Virus record (IMG/VR): IMGVR_UViG_3300043406_000028
Coordinates: 12,042 to 76,041 of that record
DNA length: 64,000 bases
Origin: a virus
Lineage: Duplodnaviria; Caudoviricetes
Strand: one strand, 5' to 3'
Part shown: positions 1 through 9,620 of the stretch, one piece after another
How positions within the stretch are numbered: position 1 is the stretch's first letter
How the letters are laid out: each line of letters begins with the position of its first letter
Notes under the pieces: generated by a model
What the model was told of the DNA's origin: nothing
Databases searched by the model: none
The model's input: the letters and a program-made list of their open reading frames with translations, nothing else
Program-made: the position numbers and the translations under genes

Positions 1-1
1 A

Positions 2-157
2 TTAGATGCGACGGCGCTCACGTTCGAGCATGAGTTCCCACATTGCTTCGCCATCAGGCTCTGCCTGATAAGCCGCTAGTATCTCGTCATCGGTCATAGA
101 CTGATACTCGGGACGAACCACAGTGATAGCCTCGTACAGAGCTTGCATGTCGATCAT
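2..157 (-). CDS. small hypothetical protein (51 aa, MIDMQALYEA...)
   Basis: Hand-translated ORF below the track cutoff, co-oriented with 224..613. Confidence 0.55.
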   Translation of the reverse strand: MIDMQALYEAITVVRPEYQSMTDDEILAAYQAEPDGEAMWELMLERERRRI

Positions 158-184
158 GTGCGCCTCTCAAGTTAAGATGATGAT

Positions 185-210
185 GGGCCAGGAGCTTTCG
201 CTCCCAGCCC
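185..210 (-). other. 11-bp hairpin with GAAA tetraloop between two minus-strand genes
   Basis: Minus strand GGGCTGGGAGC-GAAA-GCTCCTGGCCC (two G-U pairs). There is no U-tract, so a terminator role is uncertain. Confidence 0.5.
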
Positions 211-223
211 GGTTTAGTGTAGC

Positions 224-613
224 TTATGCAATGGCTTGGACAACAGGTTGTCCAGTGATTAGTGAGATCGGCATATCAGGAGCAACTTGACCCGAATGGA
301 ACAGAGTTCCAACACCCTTAACGAAGATACCATGCTGGCCCTTAACGACACGTTGGCCCTTCAGCAACCAGCCCTTATAGGTAAGGGCATCAACCCTCGG
401 AACCACAATGAATCCGGCCTTCTTGAAGGCTTTGGCGACTTTCACATCGTTGGTGATCTGACGGTCACTGAGGCCGTCTTGATGCTTGGGAGTGAACTTG
501 TTTGCAGGCTTGTAGGACGACTGCGGCTTGTGCTTGGCCTTACCCTTCGGGGCATTTAATGCGGCAATGACTGCGGCAGTAATCATGGCGATTTGGGCTT
601 GATTGACGGTCAT
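224..613 (-). CDS. hypothetical basic protein
   Basis: 129-aa ORF with GGAG SD upstream of the ATG. Confidence 0.75.
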   Translation of the reverse strand: MTVNQAQIAMITAAVIAALNAPKGKAKHKPQSSYKPANKFTPKHQDGLSDRQITNDVKVAKAFKKAGFIVVPRVDALTYKGWLLKGQRVVKGQHGIFVKGVGTLFHSGQVAPDMPISLITGQPVVQAIA

Positions 614-637
614 TGGTCGCTCCGTTCGGTTGCCGAG

Positions 638-966
638 CTTGTCTCTCTGAGTAAGCTCTCAAAGCGAAGCTAAGCGGAACGAAGTGAAGCGAAGAGCTTA
701 CGAAGAGAGCAAGTAAGGTGAGTGGCAGATTAGATGTGTGTGTGTTATCAATAGCTTGGCCCTTAGATGCCACAGTCTTTAGACTGTGAATCCTTCTGAC
801 CTACCCTGCCAAGCCTCGCATCTTCATCATTGATGATAGACTAGATGCGCGACCATTGACTCAGCGATGACCGCTGATGCGTTCTAGCCTCTTAGGCTAG
901 GGTAGCATGGACTGCTATGGTCTAGCTCACCAGTGCTTGTCCTAAGAGGACAATTCCCCAAGGGGA
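638..966. repeat. palindrome/inverted-repeat cluster in the divergent intergenic region
   Basis: GTAAGCTCT 651-659 / AGAGCTTAC 693-701; CACAGTCT-TT-AGACTGTG 771-788; CTAGCCT-CTT-AGGCTAG 884-900; TTGTCCT-AAG-AGGACAA 937-953; TCCCC-AA-GGGGA near 955-966. Confidence 0.8.
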
Positions 967-1054
967 GCCGTACTAGGGGGTAGGGGGCGCGTATTGAGGG
1001 CGGGCGTGTGTGCTTTTTTATCTGCGTCCACAGACATTACAAACAAAAAATCCA

Positions 1055-1106
1055 TTGACTTGTAGTATCTACATTGTAGTATCTACAGATAGATGTAGGA
1101 GCTACA
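1055..1106 (+). promoter_or_regulatory. sigma70-like promoter overlapped by three TGTAG-N3-CTACA operators
   Basis: TTGACT at 1055-1060 and TAGTAT at 1077-1082 (16-bp spacer). Palindromes at 1061-1073, 1075-1087 and 1094-1106; the last covers the AGGAG SD. Confidence 0.7.
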
Positions 1107-1400
1107 ATGAATCTCTGTGAGAAGTGTGGGAAGAACATGGATATTCATGGAAGAGTACATCACTGTGTACCTCAGACCAGAACTCACGATAAGGACATCC
1201 AGGGGGTCATTGAAATAGACCACAGCTATAAGCATCTGGTCTCACCTACTGAGGTCCCACCTACCCCCAAGCAAAAATTACTAGAAAAAAAGAAGGAGGT
1301 AATGGCTCGGTTGGGACATCACGATTGTCCAGTATGTGAGGCGAGGCGCAAGCTCAAGGCTCTCCAGATGAGACGCTACCGGGAGAAGAAGAATGCTTAG
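1107..1400 (+). CDS. small Cys/His-containing protein with basic C-terminus
   Basis: CxxC...HxC and HxCxxC motifs, RRYREKK tail, AGGAG SD. Confidence 0.7.
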   Translation: MNLCEKCGKNMDIHGRVHHCVPQTRTHDKDIQGVIEIDHSYKHLVSPTEVPPTPKQKLLEKKKEVMARLGHHDCPVCEARRKLKALQMRRYREKKNA

Positions 1401-1668
1401 GATTCCTAGAGACCTGTTGGATGCCGCTATCCAGGCCGTCCAGAAATGTTGCGCTAATGCAACAGATGTAAGTGGCCATCGTGTAGTGTTTACCGTGACG
1501 GATAAAGGGATTGAACACATGATCTGCGGCGGCCTTTCCATTGTGGCTCCTAATGGAGGGCCGGTAACTCCAGAGGATATTTTCTATGTGGTCGGCTTCG
1601 GAGGTAAAGATTTTCAGTCATTCCCTAAAAATAGGGTCCCATCCCACGGAGATAAGACGGGACCCTGA
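1393..1668 (+). CDS. hypothetical protein
   Basis: 91-aa ORF overlapping the previous stop. Confidence 0.65.
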   Translation: MLRIPRDLLDAAIQAVQKCCANATDVSGHRVVFTVTDKGIEHMICGGLSIVAPNGGPVTPEDIFYVVGFGGKDFQSFPKNRVPSHGDKTGP

Positions 1669-1728
1669 GTTTGTGTTTCGGGAGGAAACAGAGGGATTAT
1701 GTTTGATTTTTTGTGAAAGATCAACAGT

Positions 1729-1893
1729 CTAGCGTGGTGTTATCCTTCTCATTTCCGGAACTTCCTTGTCCCGCTCGGCCTTCCAGCACTTCTGGCATAG
1801 TTCGTGATCGGCCTTGCCTTGCTTGACGCCCTTAAAGCCCTTGCACTTGAACACCACGATCTTGCGTCCGCATTCACAGTACCTGCGGGCCAT
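1729..1893 (-). CDS. small Zn-finger-like protein (MARRYCECGRK...LCQKCW)
   Basis: Hand-translated 54 aa with GGAGG SD, CxC and CxxC motifs. Confidence 0.6.
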   Translation of the reverse strand: MARRYCECGRKIVVFKCKGFKGVKQGKADHELCQKCWKAERDKEVPEMRRITPR

Positions 1894-1902
1894 CTGCCCC
1901 TC

Positions 1903-2346
1903 CTATGAACAGCCTATTCCCTTAGTTCCTTTCTTACCGTCAGTGAAGACCTTCCAGTGCCTCCAGCCCTTTGGGCAATGGAACCCCCACTCCCTAACTA
2001 TAGGGCCTGTGATGAATAGGCTCCAGCACGGCTGATCAATCTCAATCCTATGAGCCGTCTTGGCCCTGCGGAACTTAAGATTCCCTGCCTTGTACCGGAT
2101 AGCCGTGGTTACCCCACCAGCCAGGATCGAGTACTCGATGTACTCTCCGTCCAGAAGATACGAAACATTCAGCCATGGATGGTCGTGGAGGGCCTCGTCA
2201 TCGTCCGAGCGCAGGAATCGATGGAGATAGATATTGAAGAGCGGGTTGCGTGGAATAACCCACCACCGTTGCATGTATGGGTTTTCTCTCCCGCCGACCA
2301 CAAAATCAGGTTCTCTGCTTTGGGAGATCTTCTCAAACCATCTCAT
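1903..2346 (-). CDS. cupin-like phage protein
   Basis: LHRF...LHDHPW...E...HRI metal-binding cupin pattern; ATGA overlap with the upstream gene. Confidence 0.65.
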   Translation of the reverse strand: MRWFEKISQSREPDFVVGGRENPYMQRWWVIPRNPLFNIYLHRFLRSDDDEALHDHPWLNVSYLLDGEYIEYSILAGGVTTAIRYKAGNLKFRRAKTAHRIEIDQPCWSLFITGPIVREWGFHCPKGWRHWKVFTDGKKGTKGIGCS

Positions 2347-3341
2347 CGCAGCGGGTCCCCCCTTCGATAATCCTGCCCAGCTTTTCTGCCAATCAAATTA
2401 GGCAAAAGCTTGCAGGGCAGGCCATAGCCTGGACGGATCGAGCCTATGTTCTTCTCGGAAAAGTTCTCGCCCTTTTTGATATCCGCTATGGCGTAGAGGC
2501 TACGCCTGATCTGCTTGGTCGGATTGCCATCCTGCTTGGTATGCTGCATCGCAGCGTAGGTCTTCTTCACGTCCACCACCATCTCGGCAAATTCCTCGAC
2601 GCTCATACTGAAGGCATCATCCTCGGACTTGACCCCAGGAAGGTGGCCGAAATGCTTCTCGATAATACAGGCTCCTAACGCCGTAGCAGCAATAGGAGCC
2701 AGACTTCCCTCAGAATGATCCGAAAGCCCCGCCACATTCGAGGGTAGCAGGTCCATAAGGTGGACGATTCCGCCAAGGTTCGACGTTTCAATAGTCCCTG
2801 GATATTCCGACATACAGTGTAGGAATGCGGCCTTTGGTGCCACGGCATGAGCATCGAGAATCTCCTGGTCGTTGGCCATTCCAGTCGAGATGATCATCGG
2901 CTTGCCGGTCGATGCCGCATACTCGATCAGCGGGATATCCACGATTTCCATGGATGCGATCTTGTAGGCCGGACAATCCAGCTTCTCCAGGAAGTCCACG
3001 GCAGTCTTGTCGAAGACGGAACTGAACACCGTGATCTTTTCGTCCCTGGCGACCTTGTACAAATCCGGATGCCAACTGAACGGCGTGTGCGCGGTCTTGT
3101 ACAGTTCCCACAAGGTGCGCCCCTTCCACAACCCGTCCTGGACGATGAAATCAGGCTTGTTCATCTCCATCGTGATCGTATGTGCTTCATAGCACTGGGT
3201 CTTAACCGCCGAGGCATTGGCTGCCTTGGCAAGCTTGATCAGCTTTTTGGCATTCTCCAGCTTGCCGCCGTGATTGCATGAAATTTCGGCTATGCAATAC
3301 GGAGAATTCTTCGGCCCGATCTTGATCCCCTCGATCTGCAC
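2343..3341 (-). CDS. pseI: NeuB/PseI-family nonulosonic acid synthase with C-terminal SAF domain
   Basis: IAEISCNHGG, KIASME, IISTGMA, LHCMSEYP, GLSDHS, IIEKHF, RRSLYA...IRPGYGL motifs. Confidence 0.92.
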   Translation of the reverse strand: MQIEGIKIGPKNSPYCIAEISCNHGGKLENAKKLIKLAKAANASAVKTQCYEAHTITMEMNKPDFIVQDGLWKGRTLWELYKTAHTPFSWHPDLYKVARDEKITVFSSVFDKTAVDFLEKLDCPAYKIASMEIVDIPLIEYAASTGKPMIISTGMANDQEILDAHAVAPKAAFLHCMSEYPGTIETSNLGGIVHLMDLLPSNVAGLSDHSEGSLAPIAATALGACIIEKHFGHLPGVKSEDDAFSMSVEEFAEMVVDVKKTYAAMQHTKQDGNPTKQIRRSLYAIADIKKGENFSEKNIGSIRPGYGLPCKLLPNLIGRKAGQDYRRGDPLR

Positions 3342-3599
3342 TCAATCCTCCTTCAGGGCTTTGTCGATTAAAGATTCCCACACCTTAGCAAGCTCTACGG
3401 CTGCCAGTGGTTCGTAGCCCAGCATCTCTGGTGTGGGCTCCCGCATTGCCTTGATGCAGGCCCGCGCGATCATCTTGACCCGACCTTGATCAAGGAAGTC
3501 CAATTCGTCATAGGCGGGAGCCCCCGCTGGCTGGTTCTCGCTCCAGATCGCCTTGGCGACCTTTTCTACCATCGTTGGGTCAACTGTGATTTCTGTCAT
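3342..3599 (-). CDS. small phage hypothetical protein inside the sugar operon
   Basis: VEKVAKAIW...ARACIKAMREPTPEM pattern typical of small phage proteins; coupled to both neighbours. Confidence 0.7.
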   Translation of the reverse strand: MTEITVDPTMVEKVAKAIWSENQPAGAPAYDELDFLDQGRVKMIARACIKAMREPTPEMLGYEPLAAVELAKVWESLIDKALKED

Positions 3600-4711
3600 T
3601 GCAAACTGTCTCCTACGACTTGAAAAATCTTTCGCATCACCCTTCGCTGCCTGCTTGTCGGCGAATAAGAACAGACATCGAAGGTCATCAGTTCCTTGTC
3701 CTCAAGATTCTCCGCTATCGGATGAACATCCGGGACATCGAAGACCCTATGCAACGGAGGTGAATACCCCTCACGCATCGGAATTCCGAGGTTAACCAGT
3801 CTGGATACAAAGGTATCCCGTGGCCATACCCCAACCTTGGCAGCCCAGATGTAATAGACATGCTTGCAGTCGTGTCTTTCCACAGGAGGCTTAATCTGTG
3901 GGAAGTCCTTGACCATATCGGTCATCTCAAGCGCCAGTTCGCGCCTGCCCTCCACAATCCATGGCCCCTTGCTCAATTGGGCGACGGCCAGGGCAGCAAT
4001 CGGCTCTGTCATGCGGAGGTTAAGCCCCATGATTCCGGGCCTCAGTTCCCCGTGGTTTACGGCATCCTTGATCTTGAGGGCGAGGTCAGAGTCGTTGGTA
4101 ACGACGACGCCTCCCTCGCCTGTCTGGATATGCTTATGAATATTAAGACTGAATACGCCAATGTCGCCGATAGTACCGCTATAAGCATCACGGGCCTTGG
4201 CGAAAGGCGCTTGGGCATTGTCCTCGATCATCCATACTTTGTTGATCCGGCACCACGAACGAATCTCCTGGAGGTATGCAGGATGCCCGAACAGGTTAGT
4301 GACGATGACAGCCTTCGGCTTCTTACCTCCTGGGAGGTTGAGCATGTTGATCGAAAAGGTTTTTGGCTCAACATCTATGAAACGTACCTCTGCGCCAAGC
4401 ACCTTTGCACATGCCGCCGTCGCGCTCATGGTGTAGGTTGGAGCCCACACAAGATCTCCAGGTCCGATTCCGACCGCAAGGCAGGCAGCCAGCAATCCTG
4501 ATGTACCCGAGTTGCAGGGAACGGCATGCTGACAACGGAAGGTTGACTTCCATTCATCAGATAGGCGCTCGACCCAATAACCACCGCGATGGTCACCGCC
4601 GAGGTAAGCACTAAAAGGGCGAGCGAGGGTAGAGAGTACATATCGGCGTTCCAAGTAATTCCTGGTTTCGAACGGAGGTAGAACTCCAAGCTTACGTCTC
4701 AATTGGTGCAT
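3596..4711 (-). CDS. DegT/DnrJ/EryC1/StrS PLP sugar aminotransferase (PseC-like)
   Basis: CNSGTSGL, IEDNAQA, VFSLNIHKHIQTGEGG, GLNLRMTE motifs. Confidence 0.92.
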   Translation of the reverse strand: MHQLRRKLGVLPPFETRNYLERRYVLSTLARPFSAYLGGDHRGGYWVERLSDEWKSTFRCQHAVPCNSGTSGLLAACLAVGIGPGDLVWAPTYTMSATAACAKVLGAEVRFIDVEPKTFSINMLNLPGGKKPKAVIVTNLFGHPAYLQEIRSWCRINKVWMIEDNAQAPFAKARDAYSGTIGDIGVFSLNIHKHIQTGEGGVVVTNDSDLALKIKDAVNHGELRPGIMGLNLRMTEPIAALAVAQLSKGPWIVEGRRELALEMTDMVKDFPQIKPPVERHDCKHVYYIWAAKVGVWPRDTFVSRLVNLGIPMREGYSPPLHRVFDVPDVHPIAENLEDKELMTFDVCSYSPTSRQRRVMRKIFQVVGDSLQ

Positions 4712-5571
4712 TTATAGTTCTCGCACATGGCCTTGATATCGCTCTCCAGGCTGGGGAGCCCTAGGCCGAATGCATGGTCGGCCCTGGTGATATCCATTCT
4801 GGTATCAAGGGGACGAATCACTCTCTGGGCTTGATCCGCCGCCGCGACAGGGCGAATCCCTTGGGCGCTCAGACCCATTCCATCTGCCAGCAGCATGGCA
4901 AACTTGGCCTTCGACATGGCGGTGGACGCACCGAGATTGAAGGTTCCGACCTTGTTGGTCTTAGCCATCTTCACCAGACAATCGGCTAAGGTCTTGGTCC
5001 ATAGCGGATTGAAGAACGAATCGGTGAAGGCGTTGAAGATATCTCCGCTCTTCATCTTGGTTAGAAAAAAATCAACTAGACTACTCTTCCTCGCAGACAA
5101 AGCCTTGCCATAGAGATTGGTCCTGACAATCAGATGATTCGTGGCCTTGGCTGCCGCAAACTCACCCATGAACTTGCTCATCCCATACATATTGATGGGA
5201 TTCTCACTTCGAGAATGCTCCTTGTGAGGCCCGTATCCGGAATAGACCATATCGGTCGATATGTAGATAAAACGGCATTCCTTCGACATATGAGTGACAA
5301 GATTCTCTGTCATCCCCGCATTGGCAATCACAGCCTTGTGCGGATGGAGTCCGCATTCATCCACGTTGGTCATGGCTGCTGCGTGGACGATGATTCCAGG
5401 TGTGTAGTTTTCTATGACGAATTTGGCGTTTCGCTCATCCGTCAGGTCGCAGACCTTAGTGGATATCCCATGCACTTCTCCAAGCTTGGAGAATGCCGTC
5501 ATCAGGTATGGACCCAGGAGACCTGTGGCCCCGGTAATAAGGATACGCATTACTTCAACCGCCTCATCCAC
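4699..5571 (-). CDS. RmlD-like NAD(P)-dependent SDR reductase
   Basis: ILITGATGLLG, HAAAMTNVD, YISTDMVY, YGMSK (YxxxK). Confidence 0.88.
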   Translation of the reverse strand: MDEAVEVMRILITGATGLLGPYLMTAFSKLGEVHGISTKVCDLTDERNAKFVIENYTPGIIVHAAAMTNVDECGLHPHKAVIANAGMTENLVTHMSKECRFIYISTDMVYSGYGPHKEHSRSENPINMYGMSKFMGEFAAAKATNHLIVRTNLYGKALSARKSSLVDFFLTKMKSGDIFNAFTDSFFNPLWTKTLADCLVKMAKTNKVGTFNLGASTAMSKAKFAMLLADGMGLSAQGIRPVAAADQAQRVIRPLDTRMDITRADHAFGLGLPSLESDIKAMCENYKCTN

Positions 5572-5789
5572 TTGGTTACGTTGCGATCATTCTCTGTGAT
5601 GGCAGCCATGATCTTCTTGGCTTGCCTAGGCCGCGCCTTGAATGCCAAGGCCAATAACTGCATCCAGCAGTTGTTATTTTTGCGGCGGATTCTTGTTACT
5701 TCTTTGACGACCAACCCATTGGTGATCTTGCGGTGAACGTACTTACGCTTCTTCATACGAGATCCTTTAATTGTTCGACGGTGAGCCAC
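5550..5789 (-). CDS. small basic hypothetical protein (probable start MKKRKY near 5756)
   Basis: K/R-rich ORF bridging pseB and the RmlD-like gene. Confidence 0.6.
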   Translation of the reverse strand: MAHRRTIKGSRMKKRKYVHRKITNGLVVKEVTRIRRKNNNCWMQLLALAFKARPRQAKKIMAAITENDRNVTKWMRRLK

Positions 5790-6724
5790 TGGGAGTTGGA
5801 GTCGCTGGAGTACCTCCAGCCGGACATGACCAGTGTTTCGTATTGTCTCTTGATGTATCCGGATGGATTGATGCAGTAATAGGTCTCGCCCTTGAGGCCG
5901 ATTCCCATCGTTGTTGTCACACTCTCATCTTCGGTGATCAGAGTTTCGTGGAGCTTCTCTCCGGGGCGGATTCCTGTGTTGAATTCCACAGTTCCTCCAT
6001 CATTGCCATGAACAGCATGAGCAAGATCAATGATTCTGATCGATGGGATCTTCGGGACCAGAATCTTCGAATGAAACCCCTCATCGGATATCTCCAGCGC
6101 GTTCATGACCAGATCGATGCTCTGATCCAGAGTGATCCAGAATCGCGTCATCCTTTCGTCTGTTACTTTGAGCGTCTTGCCTTCCGCCTTGAGTTTCTGG
6201 AAGAGCGGAAGAACAGAGCCGCGAGAACCAGAGACATTACCGTAGCGAACGACATTGAACCGGCATTTCCCCGCAGCCATTGCGTTAGCTGCAATAAAAA
6301 TCTTCTCCGCCGCGAGTTTCGATGCGCCGTATAGATTGATCGGATTAACCGCCTTATCTGTCGATAGTGCAACGACTCGTGAAACTGAAGTGCGTAACGC
6401 CGCTCGGATAACATTTTCGGCACCCGTGACATTTGTTGCTATGCACTCCGTTGGATTGTATTCTGCCGTTGGAACGATCTTCAGAGCCGCCGCATGGATA
6501 ACAGTGTCCACGCCACGCATGGCCATCTCAAGCCGACCCAGATCACGCACATCTCCGATGAAGAAGCGTAGTCGATCATCATTGAACTTTCGCTCCATCT
6601 CTTCTTGAAGATGCTCGCCACGGGAATAGATGGCGATACGCTCAATCTTATGGTTATTGAGGATGTGCCGGGTAAAGGCTTGGCCGAAGGAGCCAGAGCC
6701 GCCTGTGACGAGAATGGATTTCAT
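5753..6724 (-). CDS. pseB: UDP-N-acetylglucosamine 4,6-dehydratase (inverting), PseB
   Basis: LVTGGSGSFG, HAAALKIVP, ALSTDKAVNPINLYGASK, RYGNVSGSRGSV, GIRPGEKLHE. Confidence 0.93.
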   Translation of the reverse strand: MKSILVTGGSGSFGQAFTRHILNNHKIERIAIYSRGEHLQEEMERKFNDDRLRFFIGDVRDLGRLEMAMRGVDTVIHAAALKIVPTAEYNPTECIATNVTGAENVIRAALRTSVSRVVALSTDKAVNPINLYGASKLAAEKIFIAANAMAAGKCRFNVVRYGNVSGSRGSVLPLFQKLKAEGKTLKVTDERMTRFWITLDQSIDLVMNALEISDEGFHSKILVPKIPSIRIIDLAHAVHGNDGGTVEFNTGIRPGEKLHETLITEDESVTTTMGIGLKGETYYCINPSGYIKRQYETLVMSGWRYSSDSNSQWLTVEQLKDLV

Positions 6725-8727
6725 GCTGACTTTCGCAGTGCCTGACCCTGGATATGTCCCTTGAGATATTGCTTAATCTGCCCATGCGCGGACGCCTCGT
6801 CGATCAGATCGAGGGTATGTTTGTAAGCCTTCAGGATTCGCTGAATCTCTGGTTCTTTCATGGCATAGGATACGCAGTTGGCATTGAGGCACAGGACCCC
6901 TTGTTGGGCCATTTCCTGGATGAACAGTGCCTGAATATCCGAATCCTTGAATTTGATCTTCACAAGCGGCGAGATTCCGCTGAAGTCCATCGACTTTCCA
7001 GAGCGATGCGATATGGCCGACCTGATCTTGATCCCAGTATCGTGCAGATGACGGATGACACCCTCCCGCTCCATCTTCTTGATGGTTGCCAGGGCCGCAG
7101 CGATGGACAGCGTGTCGCCGAAGAACGTGCCGGAGAAGAACACGCCACTCTTGCCGTCCATCATCTTCATGATGTCGCGCTTGCCGACCAGGGCAGAGAT
7201 TGGCATTCCATTGCCCATCGACTTGCCGAAGCAGGCCAGATCAGGTGTGACACCAAAATACTCTTGCCCTCCGCCGAGCGCATAGCGGAAGCCGGTCTGA
7301 ATCTCGTCAAAGATCAGAATTACCCCGTTCTGGGAACACCAGAGTCTTAAAGCCCTGAGGTATTCAGGATCATGCGTCGGCTCTACGATGACCGCAGCAA
7401 TCCCGCCATTCAGAAACTGCCGACAGGATTCAATATCCTTCATATCTCCGTAACTGATGACCTGTGACACTCGCTTCACGCCATCAGGGATTCCAGCGTT
7501 TTTCCCTTCCAGCCAAGCGGCTGACCAATCCGCCCATCCGTGGTATCCTCCGACCAATACATGGTCCTGACCCGTGTAAGCCCTGGCAAGCCGAACTGCG
7601 GCGCTTGTCACATCGGTTCCTGACTTGCCGAATTGGACCATTTCCGCGCACGGGATTAGTTCACAGAGCTTCTCGGCCAGTTGACACTCAAGCTTGGTAG
7701 CCAAGCTGAAGCTCATTCCGGAATTTAACTGTCTCCGGACAGCCTCATCTACGTCAGGATCGCGGTATCCTAGGACGACAGGCAGGAGTGCGCTAACCAG
7801 ATCAACGTAATCGTTGCCATCGACATCAAATATCCGAGCGCCATCCCCATGAGAAACATAAAGCGGAGCGCCTCCCGCTGGGTACCATAGGTGCGATTTA
7901 GAAAATGTCTGTGACCCAAGTGGTATTGACTTGGTTGATCGCGCCAGTAGGGCGTCTGATCTGGTATATGTTCGTGGGGGTAATCGCTCTTCTGCGATTC
8001 CTTCGTAAAACCGTTCATTTCGAATGGCTCCGGCATTGATCCCCCTCAGGGCTGGATTCAGATCAAGGATTCGCATGATCTCGGTAGACGAAGGCGGCTT
8101 GCCCATAGGGACGCGCCGCGCAATCTCCTTGCACAATTCGTAGTCCTTCTGCGTATCCAGCACCCAGCGCTCCTTATGAGCCCCAGGAAACGGGCAAATC
8201 AGGTACTCGGCAGGGAAGCGATCCTGGTTACGGATGATCCATTGTGTCACACAGTCCCGATCAGAGGGTCTGGTGGCCTCTTTCCACGCCGCTTCGAGTG
8301 CTTCGAAGGTGAAGCACTCAACATCCAGGCCGTCAGGCCACGTTGGCTGGTTGGAGCAATAGGAGGAATTGGTCATCTCCATAAGCTGGATGACCTGCCC
8401 CACCACATTCGGATCAATAAACGGACAATCGCAGGTGATACGCAGGATCACATCGGCATTACGCTTGATGGCGCACTGATAGAACCGATCCAGCACATCG
8501 GATTCCGAGCCACGCGATACATCGACATTGTTCTCTACGCACCACTTAGCGATTACGTCATCCGCAGTCAGCGTAGAGGTGGCAATGCAGACCTGATCGA
8601 CGCCTGGAGACTCACGCAAAGCTCGAACCACCCACCCAAGGACCGGCATCTTCTCCAGCGGAGCCATAACCTTGCCAGGAAATCTCGTGCTGCCCATGCG
8701 GGCCTGGGCAATAGCTAAAGTTTTCAT
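6721..8727 (-). CDS. SpsF/PseF-like cytidylyltransferase fused to a class III (GSA-like) aminotransferase
   Basis: N-terminus QARMGSTRFPGKV...RITCDCPFID; C-terminus DEIQTGFR...DLACFGKSMGNG (PLP lysine). Confidence 0.9.
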   Translation of the reverse strand: MKTLAIAQARMGSTRFPGKVMAPLEKMPVLGWVVRALRESPGVDQVCIATSTLTADDVIAKWCVENNVDVSRGSESDVLDRFYQCAIKRNADVILRITCDCPFIDPNVVGQVIQLMEMTNSSYCSNQPTWPDGLDVECFTFEALEAAWKEATRPSDRDCVTQWIIRNQDRFPAEYLICPFPGAHKERWVLDTQKDYELCKEIARRVPMGKPPSSTEIMRILDLNPALRGINAGAIRNERFYEGIAEERLPPRTYTRSDALLARSTKSIPLGSQTFSKSHLWYPAGGAPLYVSHGDGARIFDVDGNDYVDLVSALLPVVLGYRDPDVDEAVRRQLNSGMSFSLATKLECQLAEKLCELIPCAEMVQFGKSGTDVTSAAVRLARAYTGQDHVLVGGYHGWADWSAAWLEGKNAGIPDGVKRVSQVISYGDMKDIESCRQFLNGGIAAVIVEPTHDPEYLRALRLWCSQNGVILIFDEIQTGFRYALGGGQEYFGVTPDLACFGKSMGNGMPISALVGKRDIMKMMDGKSGVFFSGTFFGDTLSIAAALATIKKMEREGVIRHLHDTGIKIRSAISHRSGKSMDFSGISPLVKIKFKDSDIQALFIQEMAQQGVLCLNANCVSYAMKEPEIQRILKAYKHTLDLIDEASAHGQIKQYLKGHIQGQALRKSA

Positions 8728-9620
8728 GTGAGTCCGGCCTGTTTACGAACCTCAAGACAGATTTTGAGAACCTCAAGACCTTCTTCGCCGCTGCATCCGA
8801 TTGTTTCCTTCCCATCGATTCTGCTGATGAACGCTTCCATCTCTTCGATGTAGTCCTCGTCGTAGGAACCGCTGAGGCGCTCCCAGCATCTTATGTCCCC
8901 AGCATTCTCATTTGGGACTAGGGCGATGTGTCTATCAGGTAGACTGCAATGGATGGATGCTTTCGACCCATGGATCGTGAATCTGCGCTGCTCTGGCTTG
9001 GTGATGTAATCCAGATGAACCGTAGACCGGCACCCACTCTCATGCGTGAGAAGGATATTGGTCATATCGTCTTTGCCATCAGTCAATCTTGTGGAAGAAC
9101 CCGCAACTTTCGCAGAGCCCAACAAATAAAGGGCAAGATCAATCTCGTGGCTCCAATTCAATATGCAACCGTCACGTAGATACGGAGGTTTTTCGCTATA
9201 CTGTCCGAGGGTAAAATTGGCCCAGATTGGCTTGCCGATGAGCCCGGCGTCCAGCCACTCCTTGGCTTTCTTGACGCAGCTATGGAATCGGAGGTTGTAG
9301 CCGACTGTCAGCGCATTCTTCGGATATGGCAATCCGCTATGGATCATCTTATCCGCTATCGGCTTTTCCACTAAGCATGGCTTTCCAGCCACCCATACTC
9401 GCCCAAGATGCTCGAAGTGATTTGGTGTTGGGCTAGCGATAACAATCGCCTCTGCATCCATAACATCGTCAATATTTTCTACGATGCGGCCTAGCGGTGC
9501 TGCTAACCATCGTCGCTCGTTGTCTGGATCATAGCCAATAATTTGATGTCCCATGGTGTGCAGATTCTTGGCATGCCTCATGCCGATACTGCCAAGTCCA
9601 ATGATTCCGATTGTTTTCAT
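8724..9620 (-). CDS. Gfo/Idh/MocA oxidoreductase
   Basis: IGIIGLGSIG, EKP motif, GYNLRFH. Confidence 0.9.
   Translation of the reverse strand: MKTIGIIGLGSIGMRHAKNLHTMGHQIIGYDPDNERRWLAAPLGRIVENIDDVMDAEAIVIASPTPNHFEHLGRVWVAGKPCLVEKPIADKMIHSGLPYPKNALTVGYNLRFHSCVKKAKEWLDAGLIGKPIWANFTLGQYSEKPPYLRDGCILNWSHEIDLALYLLGSAKVAGSSTRLTDGKDDMTNILLTHESGCRSTVHLDYITKPEQRRFTIHGSKASIHCSLPDRHIALVPNENAGDIRCWERLSGSYDEDYIEEMEAFISRIDGKETIGCSGEEGLEVLKICLEVRKQAGLT

Noticed and set aside
185-210. Rho-independent terminator
   Set aside because: Strong stem but no U-tract on either strand; recorded only as a hairpin.
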